64,000 bases of DNA from Auanema rhodensis (Eukaryota; Animalia; Nematoda). Positions 21,801 through 33,296 of this stretch are shown here, in pieces (the first letter of the stretch is position 1; every line of letters begins with the position of its first letter). The DNA lies in NCBI GenBank assembly GCA_964057225.1, contig OZ059896.1, positions 15,500,001 through 15,564,000 of the forward strand, read 5' to 3'. The notes under the pieces were generated by a model. That model was not told the origin of the DNA. It saw only the letters and a program-made list of their open reading frames with translations, and ran no database searches. The position numbers and the translations under genes were made by a program.

Positions 21801-24800
21801 CTTGGGAATCCCGGGTGCCGTAAGCTTTTCCTTTTTCTCATATTTTCATATAGTTTATCATCTTTAGTTACCTATATGGTATACGGTTAACTAGAAATGC
21901 TTTCGTTTTCCGAGACAACTGTTAGACAGCTTTGCGCAGTGGCGATAACGTGACCAATGAGGCTTTGCCGAGGTGCGTTTATTGCTGGTTGAAAACTTTT
22001 CCCAATTACCCGCGATATTCCCTGAAACATGGGTGATATACGCAATTTTTGAATGCCTGATAAGGCTGATTAGCATATTATGGTAGATTGTTCCACGTGA
22101 AATGACGTCATTTTTCTCATGACGCGTCAATTTTCAAAACCAAATTAGAAGGAACGGTTGCACTCCATACATATTCCGAAAAGAAAGGTAACCATTCGCT
22201 TACGACCATACCACGTTGAAAGTACGCCATCCCGTCCGATCTTGCAAGTCAAGCAACGTTGGGCCCGGTTAGTACTTGGATCGGAGACGGCTTGGGAATC
22301 CCGGGTGCCGTAAGCTTTTCCTTTTTCTCATATTTTCATATAGTTTATCATCTTTAGTTACCTATATGGTATACGGTTAACTAGAAATGCTTTTGTTTTC
22401 GGAGACAACTGTTAGACAGCTTTGCGCAGTGGCGATAACGTGACCAATGAGGCTTTGCCGAGGTGCGTTTATTGCTGGTTGAAAACTTTTCCCAATTACC
22501 CGCGATATTCCCTGAAACATGGGTGATATACGCAATTTTTGAATGCCTGATAAGGCTGATTAGCATATTATGGAAGAATGTTCCACGTGAAATGACGTCA
22601 TTTCTCAAAACCAAATTAGAAGGAACGGTTGCACTCCATACATATTCCGAAAAGAAAGGTAAGTCAAGCAATGTTGGGCCCGGTTAGTACTTGGATCGGA
22701 GACGTCTTGGGAATCCCGGGTGCCGTAAGCTTTTTCCTTTTTCTCATATTATGGAAGAATGTTCCACGTGAAATGACGTCATTTCTCAAAACCAAATTAG
22801 AAGGAACGGTTGCACTCCATACATATTCCGAAAAGAAAGGTAAGTCAAGCAATGTTGGGCCCGGTTAGTACTTGGATCGGAGACGTCTTGGGAATCCCGG
22901 GTGCCGTAAGCTTTTTCCTTTTTCTCATATTTTCATATAGTTTATCATCTTTAGTTACCTATATGGTATACGGTTAACTAGAAATGCTTTTGTTTTCCGA
23001 GACAACTGTTAGTCAGCTTTGCGCAGTGGCGATAACGTGACCAATGAGGCTTTGCCGAGGTGCGTTTATTGCTGGTTGAAAACTTTTCCCAATTACCCGC
23101 GATATTCCCTGAAACATGGGTGATATACGCAATTTTTGAATGCCTGATAAGGCTGATTAGCATATTATGGTAGATTGTTCCACGTGAAATGACGTCATTT
23201 TTCTCATGACGCGTCAATTTTCAAAACCAAATTAGAAGGAACGGTTGCACTCCATACATATTCCGAAAAGAAAGGTAAGCATTCGCTTACGACCATACCA
23301 CGTTGAAAGTACGCCATCCCGTCCGATCTGGCAAGTCAAGCAACGTTGGGCCCGGTTAGTACTTGGATCGGAGACGGCTTGGGAATCCCGGGTGCCGTAA
23401 GCTTTTCCTTTTTCTCATATTTTCATATAGTTTATCATCTTTAGTTACCTATATGGTATACGGTTAACTAGAAATGCTTTCGTTTTCCGAGACAACTGTT
23501 AGACAGCTTTGCGCAGTGGCGATAACGTAACCAATGAGGCTTTGCCGAGGTGCGTTTATTGCTGGTTGAAAACTTTTCCCAATTACCCGCGATATTCCCT
23601 GAAACATGGGTGATATACGCAATTTTTGAATGCCTGATAATGCTGATTAGCATATTATGGTAGATTGTTCCACGTGAAATGACGTCATTTTTCTCATGAC
23701 GCGTCAATTTTCAAAACCAAATTAGAAGGAACGGTTGCACTCCATACATATTCCGAAAAGAAAGGTAAGCATTCGCTTACGACCATACCACGTTGAAAGT
23801 ACGCCATCCCGTCCGATCTGGCAAGTCAAGCAACGTTGGGCCCGGTTAGTACTTGGATCGGAGACGGCTTGGGAATCCCGGGTGCCGTAAGCTTTTCCTT
23901 TTTCTCATATTTTCATATAGTTTATCATCTTTAGTTACCTATATGGTATACGGTTAACTAGAAATGCTTTTGTTTTCGGAGACAACTGTTAGACAGCTTT
24001 GCGCAGTGGCGATAACGTGACCAATGAGGCTTTGCCGAGGTGCGTTTATTGCTGGTTGAAAACTTTTCCCAATTACCCGCGATATTCCCTGAAACATGGG
24101 TGATATACGCAATTTTTGAATGCCTGATAAGGCTGATTAGCATATTATGGAAGAATGTTCCACGTGAAATGACGTCATTTCTCAAAACCAAATTAGAAGG
24201 AACGGTTGCACTCCATACATATTCCGAAAAGAAAGGTAAGTCAAGCAATGTTGGGCCCGGTTAGTACTTGGATCGGAGACGTCTTGGGAATCCCGGGTGC
24301 CGTAAGCTTTTTCCTTTTTCTCATATTTTCATATAGTTTATCATTTTTAGTTACCTATATGGTATACGGTTAACTAGAAATGCTTTTGTTTTCCGAGACA
24401 ACTGTTAGTCAGCTTTGCGCAGTGGCGATAACGTGACCAATGAGGCTTTGCCGAGGTGCGTTTATTGCTGGTTGAAAACTTTTCCCAATTACCCGCGATA
24501 TTCCCTGAAACATGGGTGATATACGCAATTTGTGAATGCCTGATAAGGCTGATTAGCATATTATGGAAGAATGTTCCACGTGAAATGACGTCATTTCTCA
24601 AAACCAAATTAGAAGGAACGGTTGCACTCCATACATATTCCGAAAAGAAAGGTAAGTCAAGCAATGTTGGGCCCGGTTAGTACTTGGATCGGAGACGTCT
24701 TGGGAATCCCGGGTGCCGTAAGCTTTTTCCTTTTTCTCATATTTTCATATAGTTTATCATCTTTAGTTACCTATATGGTATACGGTTAACTAGAAATGCT

Positions 24801-26878
24801 TTTGTTTTCCGAGACAACTGTTAGTCAGCTTTGCGCAGTGGCGATAACGTGACCAATGAGGCTTTGCCGAGGTGCGTTTATTGCTGGTTGAAAACTTTTC
24901 CCAATTACCCGCGATATTCCCTGAAACATGGGTGATATACGCAATTTTTGAATGCCTGATAAGGCTGATTAGCATATTATGGTAGATTGTTCCACGTGAA
25001 ATGACGTCATTTTTCTCATGACGCGTCAATTTTCAAAACCAAATTAGAAGGAACGGTTGCACTCCATACATATTCCGAAAAGAAAGGTAAGCATTCGCTT
25101 ACGACCATACCACGTTGAAAGTACGCCATCCCGTCCGATCTGGCAAGTCAAGCAACGTTGGGCCCGGTTAGTACTTGGATCGGAGACGGCTTGGGAATCC
25201 CGGGTGCCGTAAGCTTTTCCTTTTTCTCATATTTTCATATAGTTTATCATCTTTAGTTACCTATATGGTATACGGTTAACTAGAAATGCTTTCGTTTTCC
25301 GAGACAACTGTTAGACAGCTTTGCGCAGTGGCGATAACGTGACCAATGAGGCTTTGCCGAGGTGCGTTTATTGCTGGTTGAAAACTTTTCCCAATTACCC
25401 GCGATATTCCCTGAAACATGGGTGATATACGCAATTTTTGAATGCCTGATAAGGCTGATTAGCATATTATGGTAGATTGTTCCACGTGAAATGACGTCAT
25501 TTTTCTCATGACGCGTCAATTTTCAAAACCAAATTAGAAGGAACGGTTGCACTCCATACATATTCCGAAAAGAAAGGTAAGCATTCGCTTACGACCATAC
25601 CACGTTGAAAGTACGCCATCCCGTCCGATCTGGCAAGTCAAGCAACGTTGGGCCCGGTTAGTACTTGGATCGGAGACGGCTTGGGAATCCCGGGTGCCGT
25701 AAGCTTTTCCTTTTTCTCATATTTTCATATAGTTTATCATCTTTAGTTACCTATATGGTATACGGTTAACTAGAAATGCTTTTGTTTTCGGAGACAACTG
25801 TTAGACAGCTTTGCGCAGTGGCGATAACGTGACCAATGAGGCTTTGCCGAGGTGCGTTTATTGCTGGTTGAAAACTTTTCCCAATTACCCGCGATATTCC
25901 CTGAAACATGGGTGATATACGCAATTTTTGAATGCCTGATAAGGCTGATTAGCATATTATGGAAGAATGTTCCACGTGAAATGACGTCATTTCTCAAAAC
26001 CAAATTAGAAGGAACGGTTGCACTCCATACATATTCCGAAAAGAAAGGTAAGTCAAGCAATGTTGGGCCCGGTTAGTACTTGGATCGGAGACGTCTTGGG
26101 AATCCCGGGTGCCGTAAGCTTTTTCCTTTTTCTCATATTTTCATATAGTTTATCATCTTTAGTTACCTATATGGTATACGGTTAACTAGAAATGCTTTTG
26201 TTTTCCGAGACAACTGTTAGTCAGCTTTGCGCAGTGGCGATAACGTGACCAATGAGGCTTTGCCGAGGTGCGTTTATTGCTGGTTGAAAACTTTTCCCAA
26301 TTACCCGCGATATTCCCTGAAACATGGGTGATATACGCAATTTTTGAATGCCTGATAAGGCTGATTAGCATATTATGGTAGATTGTTCCACGTGAAATGA
26401 CGTCATTTTTCAAAACCAAATTAGAAGGAACGGTTGCACTCCATACATATTCCGAAAAGAAAGGTAAGCATTCGCTTACGACCATACCACGTTGAAAGTA
26501 CGCCATCCCGTCCGATCTGGCAAGTCAAGCAACGTTGGGCTCGGTTAGTACTTGGATCGGAGACGGCTTGGGAATCCCGGGTGCCGTAAGCTTTTCCTTT
26601 TTCTCATATTTTCATATAGTTTATCATCTTTAGTTACCTATATGGTATACGGTTAACTAGAAATGCTTTTGTTTTCCGAGACAACTGTTAGACAGCTTTG
26701 CGCAGTGGCGATAACGTGACCAATGAGGCTTTGCCGAGGTGCGTTTATTGCTGGTTGAAAACTTTTCCCAATTACCCGCGATATTCCCTGAAACATGGGT
26801 GATATACGCAATTTTTGAATGCCTGATAAGGCTGATTAGCATATTATGGAAGATTGTTTCACGTGAAATGACGTCATT
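18849..26878 (+). repeat. 5S rDNA array, block 2 (12 full-length or near-full genes, 6 truncated copies, one 181-bp mini unit)
   Basis: Same repeat unit; first gene at 18880-18998. Confidence 0.97.
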
Positions 26879-26904
26879 TAAAAGTCCAGTTGTCAAGCGA
26901 CATT

Positions 26905-26922
26905 TGGCGACCACGGCAGGAT
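26905..26922 (+). promoter_or_regulatory. Primer-binding site for tRNA-Arg
   Basis: TGGCGACCACGGCAGGAT lies 2 nt after the LTR-end CA and is complementary to a tRNA-Arg 3' end (TCCTGCCGYGGTCG-CCA). Confidence 0.8.
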
Positions 26923-26958
26923 TGATTCAGTTGATTACTGACAAGGAAAGTTTAAAAC

Positions 26959-27050
26959 AAAGGTTATATAGAACCGCCGGAGAAATAAATTCCGAAGAAC
27001 ACTGTGTTAAAGGTTATATAGAACCGCCGGAGAAATAAATTCCGAAGAAC
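26959..27050 (+). repeat. 42-bp direct repeat with a 50-bp period in the leader of element B
   Basis: AAAGGTTATATAGAACCGCCGGAGAAATAAATTCCGAAGAAC at 26959 and 27009. Confidence 0.9.
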
Positions 27051-27150
27051 TCGTAGAAAATCCGAGTTGACAAGAAATCACTTGTCAAGAAACAATAAGA
27101 CGATAAAAATATCGCTGAATCTGAAATATCCATTGAGGAAGGCTAAAATA

Positions 27151-30100
27151 ATGTCCTCCGCTCAAAGATATATTCTCCAAATGGGGAGAGAATTAGAATT
27201 TTTGAATAAACTGAATTCTAAAGTTGAAAACTATAAGAAAATGACCTATTACTCTGAATTGTCTGAGCCGGTAAATCAAATAATTGCGCAAGAGAATGAA
27301 TGTGCAAGAGTTAAAAATTACTTGAATATTTAGGAGAATAAACTCCAATCAATTGAAACCATTGAAATTAATTTTCAAAGAGTTTGTGAGCTTTTAGAAG
27401 AAGAGCACCAAAAAGAATTAACCAAAAAATTTACAAAATTCGAAGAAGGTGAAAAAGGAGACATCCGTGGCAATGCCACGTTAATAATACTGGAATTAAA
27501 TGACAAATTGATATTCTTAAAAAATCTTATTGATAAAAACAAAGAAAAAATCAAAGATATGGAAATACAACTTGAATTACAACAACTTCGGGAAAGAGTT
27601 GAGTATACAGAAGAAAAAGAATATGAAAATTGTACAAACGAGGTACAAGAAAAACAAAACAGTTTACCCGATCAGGTAGTGCATGATCAGCATGTTAATG
27701 AAGTAAGACTGATTAACCAAATACTGCAAAGACCCATATTAAAAACTCCAACCTTTGACGGTACTCCGGAAAAATTCCCTTTATTCTGGGATAGATTCAT
27801 GAGAATGATTGATAACAATGAATCTTTCTCTATAAGTGAAAAAGTGAACTTCCTATGTGAGTCCTTATCAGGTGAAGCCGAATATCTTCTTAGGGGAATT
27901 CCCGGTACCGAAGAAAACTATAGGTTTATGAAAAATTGTTCGAAGGAAGAATATTCCTCATACTCTGTTGATACAGCAACGCTGATCAACAAGTTGAATA
28001 AGGTGCCAAAAGCTTCAAGACGAGCCGATAGTTGTGCTCAAACGCTAAGAGAGATAAAAGCTCTGCTGCGACAGATTCAAGCGGCGGGAGGATCTTTAAC
28101 CAAAGAGCTTTATGTTGCTACCGTACTCAATAAATTCCCATTTGAAATAATCAAAGATATTCACATCAAACAAAATTTTGAATGGTCCCACGAGAAAATC
28201 ATTGAACATATTTCGGCGCAAGTAAAACTACTACAGATGACTGAAAACACTGAAACACTGTATCTCAGTAACAATGAAAAAAGAAAAAATCCAGATGGTG
28301 ATCAAACTAAAAAACAATTTCGATTGAATGAAGTTAAAGATTTGAAACAAAGAAGGAATTGCGTTTTTTGCGCGAACAATTCACACAATAGCCATATGTG
28401 TCCTGTTGAAACAACGGAAAAAAGGAAAATTTTAAGAGAAAAAAGGCTATGTTATGTATGCTTTGCAGACAATCATCAAAGCAAAAACTGCACATGGCCA
28501 AAGTTTAAATGCAACAGCTGTCATGATGATCACAACATTTCAGTTTGTTACCAAAATAAAAGAAATCAGAATAGAAATGGAGTCATCACCAACATTTCTT
28601 TACAAAGGGGTAATGATGAAGAAAAGACTAGAAATAATCAAACAATCGTTCCCAAGAAAGCACATGAAGAACCCACAAGTTTAACCACAATTGTTGGTAA
28701 TCATGACGTAGAAAAAGGCCAAATAATTTTACGAACAGCAAAAGCAAATTTGTTCAATTACAATAGCGATAGTTATGAGAAAGTTAACATTATTTTTGAT
28801 GATTGTTCTCAACGTTCTTTTATCAGAGAAGATCTAGCAAAAAGGATGAAACTACCAGTTAAATCCAAACAAAGAAAAACATTTCATAGTATTGGAGGAA
28901 TGAAACATTCTCATGTTTCAAGTATAGTTAACACAATATTCTATACTAAAGAGAAAAATTTAATTGTAACTGAAATGCTCACTAAACCGAAAATCAGTTC
29001 CCACATATATAGTCCTTATCTTTCAAGGAAGGATTTGAGTTTCATTAAAGAAAACAATATTATATTAGCCAATACCGATACAAATGGGGAAGTTTTTGAA
29101 CCGGATGTTTTGATTGGACAAGATAGATTAAAATTGTTTGTAAAAGACAATGAAGAATTCAGACTTCCCTCTGATCTTTTATGTAAAGGATCTGTATTTG
29201 GAACTCTTATAAATGGAGAAACTAAACTTGAAAAAATTGTAACTCTGTGTAGCATTGAAGAGGAACAAAGTCATGAACCACCTCCAGAAACAAAACTGAA
29301 AGAACTTTTCCTTATCGATACTATTGGAATAAGCACCATAGTAGATAACAATGCAAAAGCAGAGAATTATCTTAAAGAATATAGTAAAGAACTATCCATT
29401 AAAGCCGGGAGAATTGAAGCTCCGTTTCCATTTAAAAATTATTTGAATAAATTGAAAAATAATAAATGGCCAGCTTTTCATAGATTTATGACATTATGGA
29501 AGAATCTACACTCTAATAAAGAACAACTACTGGATTCTTCTTACCACATCACGGAGTGTGGAGAAAAGAAAAAGCTCGACCTTTAAGAATCGTGCTTGAT
29601 GCTTCAGCAAAACAAAAAAATAGTCCATCGTTGAACCAAGTTATGCATTCAGGCCAAACATTTATTCACAAAATTCATGATATATTAATAAAATGTAGAA
29701 AAAGTCCAATAATAATAACCTGCGACATTGAGTCAGCATTTTTACAAATAAGTATTAAAGAAGAGCACAAAAAATATTGTAAATTTTTCTGGATTAGAAA
29801 CGAAAATGAATCGGTAAATAAATATAACGTCATGACATACCAACTCAAACGGCTACCATTTGGTATAACAGCGTCCCCGGGTATATTAAGCATAAGCTTA
29901 GCTTGGTACCTCCATAATCATACCGACCCTTACGCTAGTCGCTTGCTCGATTCCTTATATGTTGACAATATAATTTTATATGCAAACAGTGTTGAAGAAG
30001 CTAAGATAAAATGCGAAAAAGCCAAGAAAATCTTACAAGGCATTTCTATGAATTTAAGAGAATTTATGAGCAACAATCCAAAAGTTACTGAAGATATGAA

Positions 30101-30227
30101 CAATGAAGACAAATACCCACATAATACTACCAAAATTTTGGGCTTAAATTATGATACAAAATTAGATTTATTCGTTCTTATACTTAAATTAAAGAAATTT
30201 GAAATCGATACGCACAGGAACATGTAG
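27151..30227 (+). pseudogene. Disrupted BEL/Pao gag-PR-RT
   Basis: ATG at 27151; in-frame TAG at 27331-27333; DUF1759-type gag (PTFDGTPEKFPLFW); three Cys/His knuckles; protease FDDCSQRSFI; frameshifting deletion near 29530; RT LRIVLDAS, CDIESAF, YVDN; truncated shortly after KILGL. Confidence 0.88.
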
Positions 30228-30918
30228 ATGAGCTGCTCCCGAGTTGGCTCGACTCCATCCTCCGGATAAAGCTCATCGTCTGTCATCTGCAACAATACTG
30301 AGATAAAAAAAAAATAAAAAAAATAAAATAAAATAAAAAATAATAAGCTTACCGGGCCCTCCCGTATGCGATGAGTGTCCTGCGCCTTGCATCGTTCGCA
30401 TAGTTCATATGGACCGAGCTCGTCTTCTCCAATCTCCTCTTCAACCTGATACTGTAATTGTGACATCTGCAACAATTACAACTATAAAAATAAAAAATAA
30501 AAATAAAAAATTTTTTGAATCTAAAGAATACAATAGAAAAATTCAAGAGGGAAGTACAAAAACTTCATGAATACAATAAAAATTAAATTACTAATCACAC
30601 GTAGTACAGTAGTAAAAAATATAAACAAAGCAAAAATAGGTTATAAAATAATATAAAGAAAAGAAAATCACTACATATAGAAACAAATGCAACAGTTATA
30701 AACAAACAAATCTTTTTATCAAGATCTTCAATCTTTGATAACATCAAGTTTATTTATCCGAATAATATACATAAGAAGTAATCCTTTGTACAAGCTTTTT
30801 ATACATTGTATCCGTAAACACATACTATTCTACAATAAACTATGGGACGTTTATCATAAGTCAACCCACAGATGCGAACAAATATATAAAGAGGGAAACC
30901 ATTGTTTTTCTCAATTCA

Positions 30919-31386
30919 GTGCTAATGGATGAAATAACGTCCAATTCAAGTGAGAACACTTCCTTTGAGGAAGATCTCAAAAAATATTCTCATCTACCCA
31001 ACACCACTGCCAACCTAAGGCAGCTAATGGTTCTAGAGAAAAGGTTTTATGATAACCTCGCCAGCGCTGTCAACCACATTTCCGCGCGCCTGGACAACAT
31101 CAACAGCACACTGAATCTAAAGCTCGATAATTTAGCTGTTCAGACGGCTCCTAAAGCCTCCTGCATATTCTGCAACAAGCCTACAGCTGATGGCCATCGT
31201 ACAGCTGCTTGTCCGATTTACCCCTCGTCCCCAGAGCGTACCATACGCTTACACGAATTGGGACTATGCATAAAATGTTTAAACCCAAAACATTCAGCAA
31301 TGTGCGAAATATTCTGCTATAAGTGCAAGGCCGATACTCACCATGGAGTGGTCTGTGGTGACGTCAAACGTAAAAGATATACATAA
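30919..31386 (+). CDS. Accessory triple zinc-knuckle protein (Gag NC-like; 153 aa from ATG 30925)
   Basis: CIFC..GHRTAAC, CIKCLNPKHSAMC and CYKCKADTHHGVVC after a probable coiled coil; stops 10 nt before the 3' LTR. Confidence 0.75.
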   Translation: MLMDEITSNSSENTSFEEDLKKYSHLPNTTANLRQLMVLEKRFYDNLASAVNHISARLDNINSTLNLKLDNLAVQTAPKASCIFCNKPTADGHRTAACPIYPSSPERTIRLHELGLCIKCLNPKHSAMCEIFCYKCKADTHHGVVCGDVKRKRYT

Positions 31387-31395
31387 TGCCGGGAA

Positions 31396-31720
31396 TGTCA
31401 CGGTCAACGTGAAAATACGTACTTTATTGCGTTAACGTTTTGTTTGTATTTTTTGGATTAACTCCACCCCCTTTAAACATCTGGTGCCTCCCTATAAAAG
31501 GGAGAACCAAATGGTTAAAAGTTTATGTCTCACCGATTTTGTATTGATTTTAGGATTTTCTAGGAAATTCTAAAATCAATCCACTTGTTCACTTTACTGT
31601 TGTTGCATTTGTTGAATAAACCTTTCTTCATTTAACTTGTCTTAACGCATAATACCGCACTCATACGAACCAACTCCATACTTGGACTGATACTTGGAGG
31701 TAAAAGTCCAGTTGTCGACA
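31396..31720 (+). repeat. Element B 3' LTR (325 bp)
   Basis: TGTCAC...TCGACA; contains TATAAAA and AATAAA; its end matches the 5' LTR remnant apart from a 4-bp indel. Confidence 0.85.
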
Positions 31721-32651
31721 GGGCTCGGTTAGTACTTGGATCGGAGACGGCTTGGGAATCCCGGGTGCCGTAAGCTTTTCCTTTTTCTCATATTTTCATA
31801 TAGTTTATCATCTTTAGTTACCTATATGGTATACGGTTAACTAGAAATGCTTTTGTTTTCCGAGACAACTGTTAGACAGCTTTGCGCAGTGGCGATAACG
31901 TGACCAATGAGGCTTTGCCGAGGTGCGTTTATTGCTGGTTGAAAACTTTTCCCAATTACCCGCGATATTCCCTGAAACATGGGTGATATACGCAATTTTT
32001 GAATGCCTGATAAGGCTGATTAGCATATTATGGTAGATTGTTCCACGTGAAATGACGTCATTTTTCTCATGACGCGTCAATTTTCAAAACCAAATTAGAA
32101 GGAACGGTTGCACTCCATACATATTCCGAAAAGAAAGGTAAGCATTCGCTTACGACCATACCACGTTGAAAGTACGCCATCCCGTCCGATCTGGCAAGTC
32201 AAGCAACGTTGGGCCCGGTTAGTACTTGGATCGGAGACGGCTTGGGAATCCCGGGTGCCGTAAGCTTTTCCTTTTTCTCATATTTTCATATAGTTTATCA
32301 TCTTTAGTTACCTATATGGTATACGGTTAACTAGAAATGCTTTCGTTTTCCGAGAGAACTGTTAGACAGCTTTGCGCAGTGGCGATAACGTGACCAATGA
32401 GGCTTTGCCGAGGTGCGTTTATTGCTGGTTGAAAACTTTTCCCAATTACCCGCGATATTCCCTGAAAGATGGGTGATATACGCAATTTTTGAATGCCTGA
32501 TAAGGCTGATTAGCATATTATGGAAGATTGTTCCACGTGAAATGACGTCATTTTTCTCATGACGCGTCAATTTTCCAAACCAAATTAGAAGGAACGGTTG
32601 CACTCCATACATATTCCGAAAAGAAAGGTAAGCATTCGCTTACGACCATAC
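31721..32651 (+). repeat. 5S rDNA array, block 3 (partial gene +64..+119, one full gene at 32148-32266, and +1..+14 of an interrupted gene)
   Basis: Same repeat unit. Confidence 0.95.
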
Positions 32652-33052
32652 TGTCGGCGAATGCCTGACTAGAAATGAAATACAATAATTTAACCTAGAA
32701 ACATAACTCTTCTGAAACTCTAAACCATTGTCTAATAACCTTGTAATTGTATCATTAACCTCTTGCGCAACATTCTTAAAGGATATTGAACTTTTATCAC
32801 CTCTATAGTTTACATTGACCTGACCTTTGTATTCAAATATCAATTATCACCTTCAAGCTAAATCATATATAAAGCCCAAGAAACCTTCACTCTCACTCTT
32901 AATTTAATTCTACCACTGAACTTATACCGATCTTATAATAAACCTTTCTCATTTAACTAACTGTTTGGATTCGCCACTAACTCATATTATCCCCATTAAC
33001 CGGGGAACAACCGAGTATAGACGCTCGTCATTGGGAACATTAAAAACCCAGA
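32652..33052 (+). repeat. Element C 5' LTR (TGTCGG...CCCAGA)
   Basis: Direct repeat of 40579-40979; TATATAAA and AATAAA. Confidence 0.94.
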
Positions 33053-33053
33053 T

Positions 33054-33066
33054 TGGTGCAACGACC
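33054..33066 (+). promoter_or_regulatory. Primer-binding site, tRNA-Gly-like
   Basis: TGGTGCAACGACC; about 12/13 match to the complement of the tRNA-Gly(GCC) 3' end (TGGTGCATCGACC) as recalled. Confidence 0.65.
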
Positions 33067-33296
33067 AAACCAGGTATTAATTGTTAGAAACTTTCTTATC
33101 ATATTTTTTCCTTTTTTTTCATACTTTCCATCTCACTCTTCTTCACATTTTCCTCCTTTCCATCTTGTTCTCTTTATCAAAAAAAAAATTTTTTTTTTTA
33201 TAAACCAACATACTTTAAACAGTTGAAACTGTTCATTTTGCAATCATTCTACTAAGAAATTCCAAAATAATCCACTTTCGACCCGAAAAAGAAAAA

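Larger units (their letters stand above)
26879..31720 (+). mobile_element. Element B: internally deleted BEL/Pao LTR retrotransposon
   Basis: Only ~24 bp of the 5' LTR remain (26879-26902), followed by a PBS; BEL gag, PR and partial RT; no RNaseH or IN; 3' LTR TGTC...GACA; no TSD pair. Confidence 0.9.

Noticed and set aside
26657-27038. Chimeric ORFs at array/LTR junctions (also 6472-6669, 40892-41086, 43604-43939)
   Set aside because: They span insertion breakpoints, so they are by-products of the insertions
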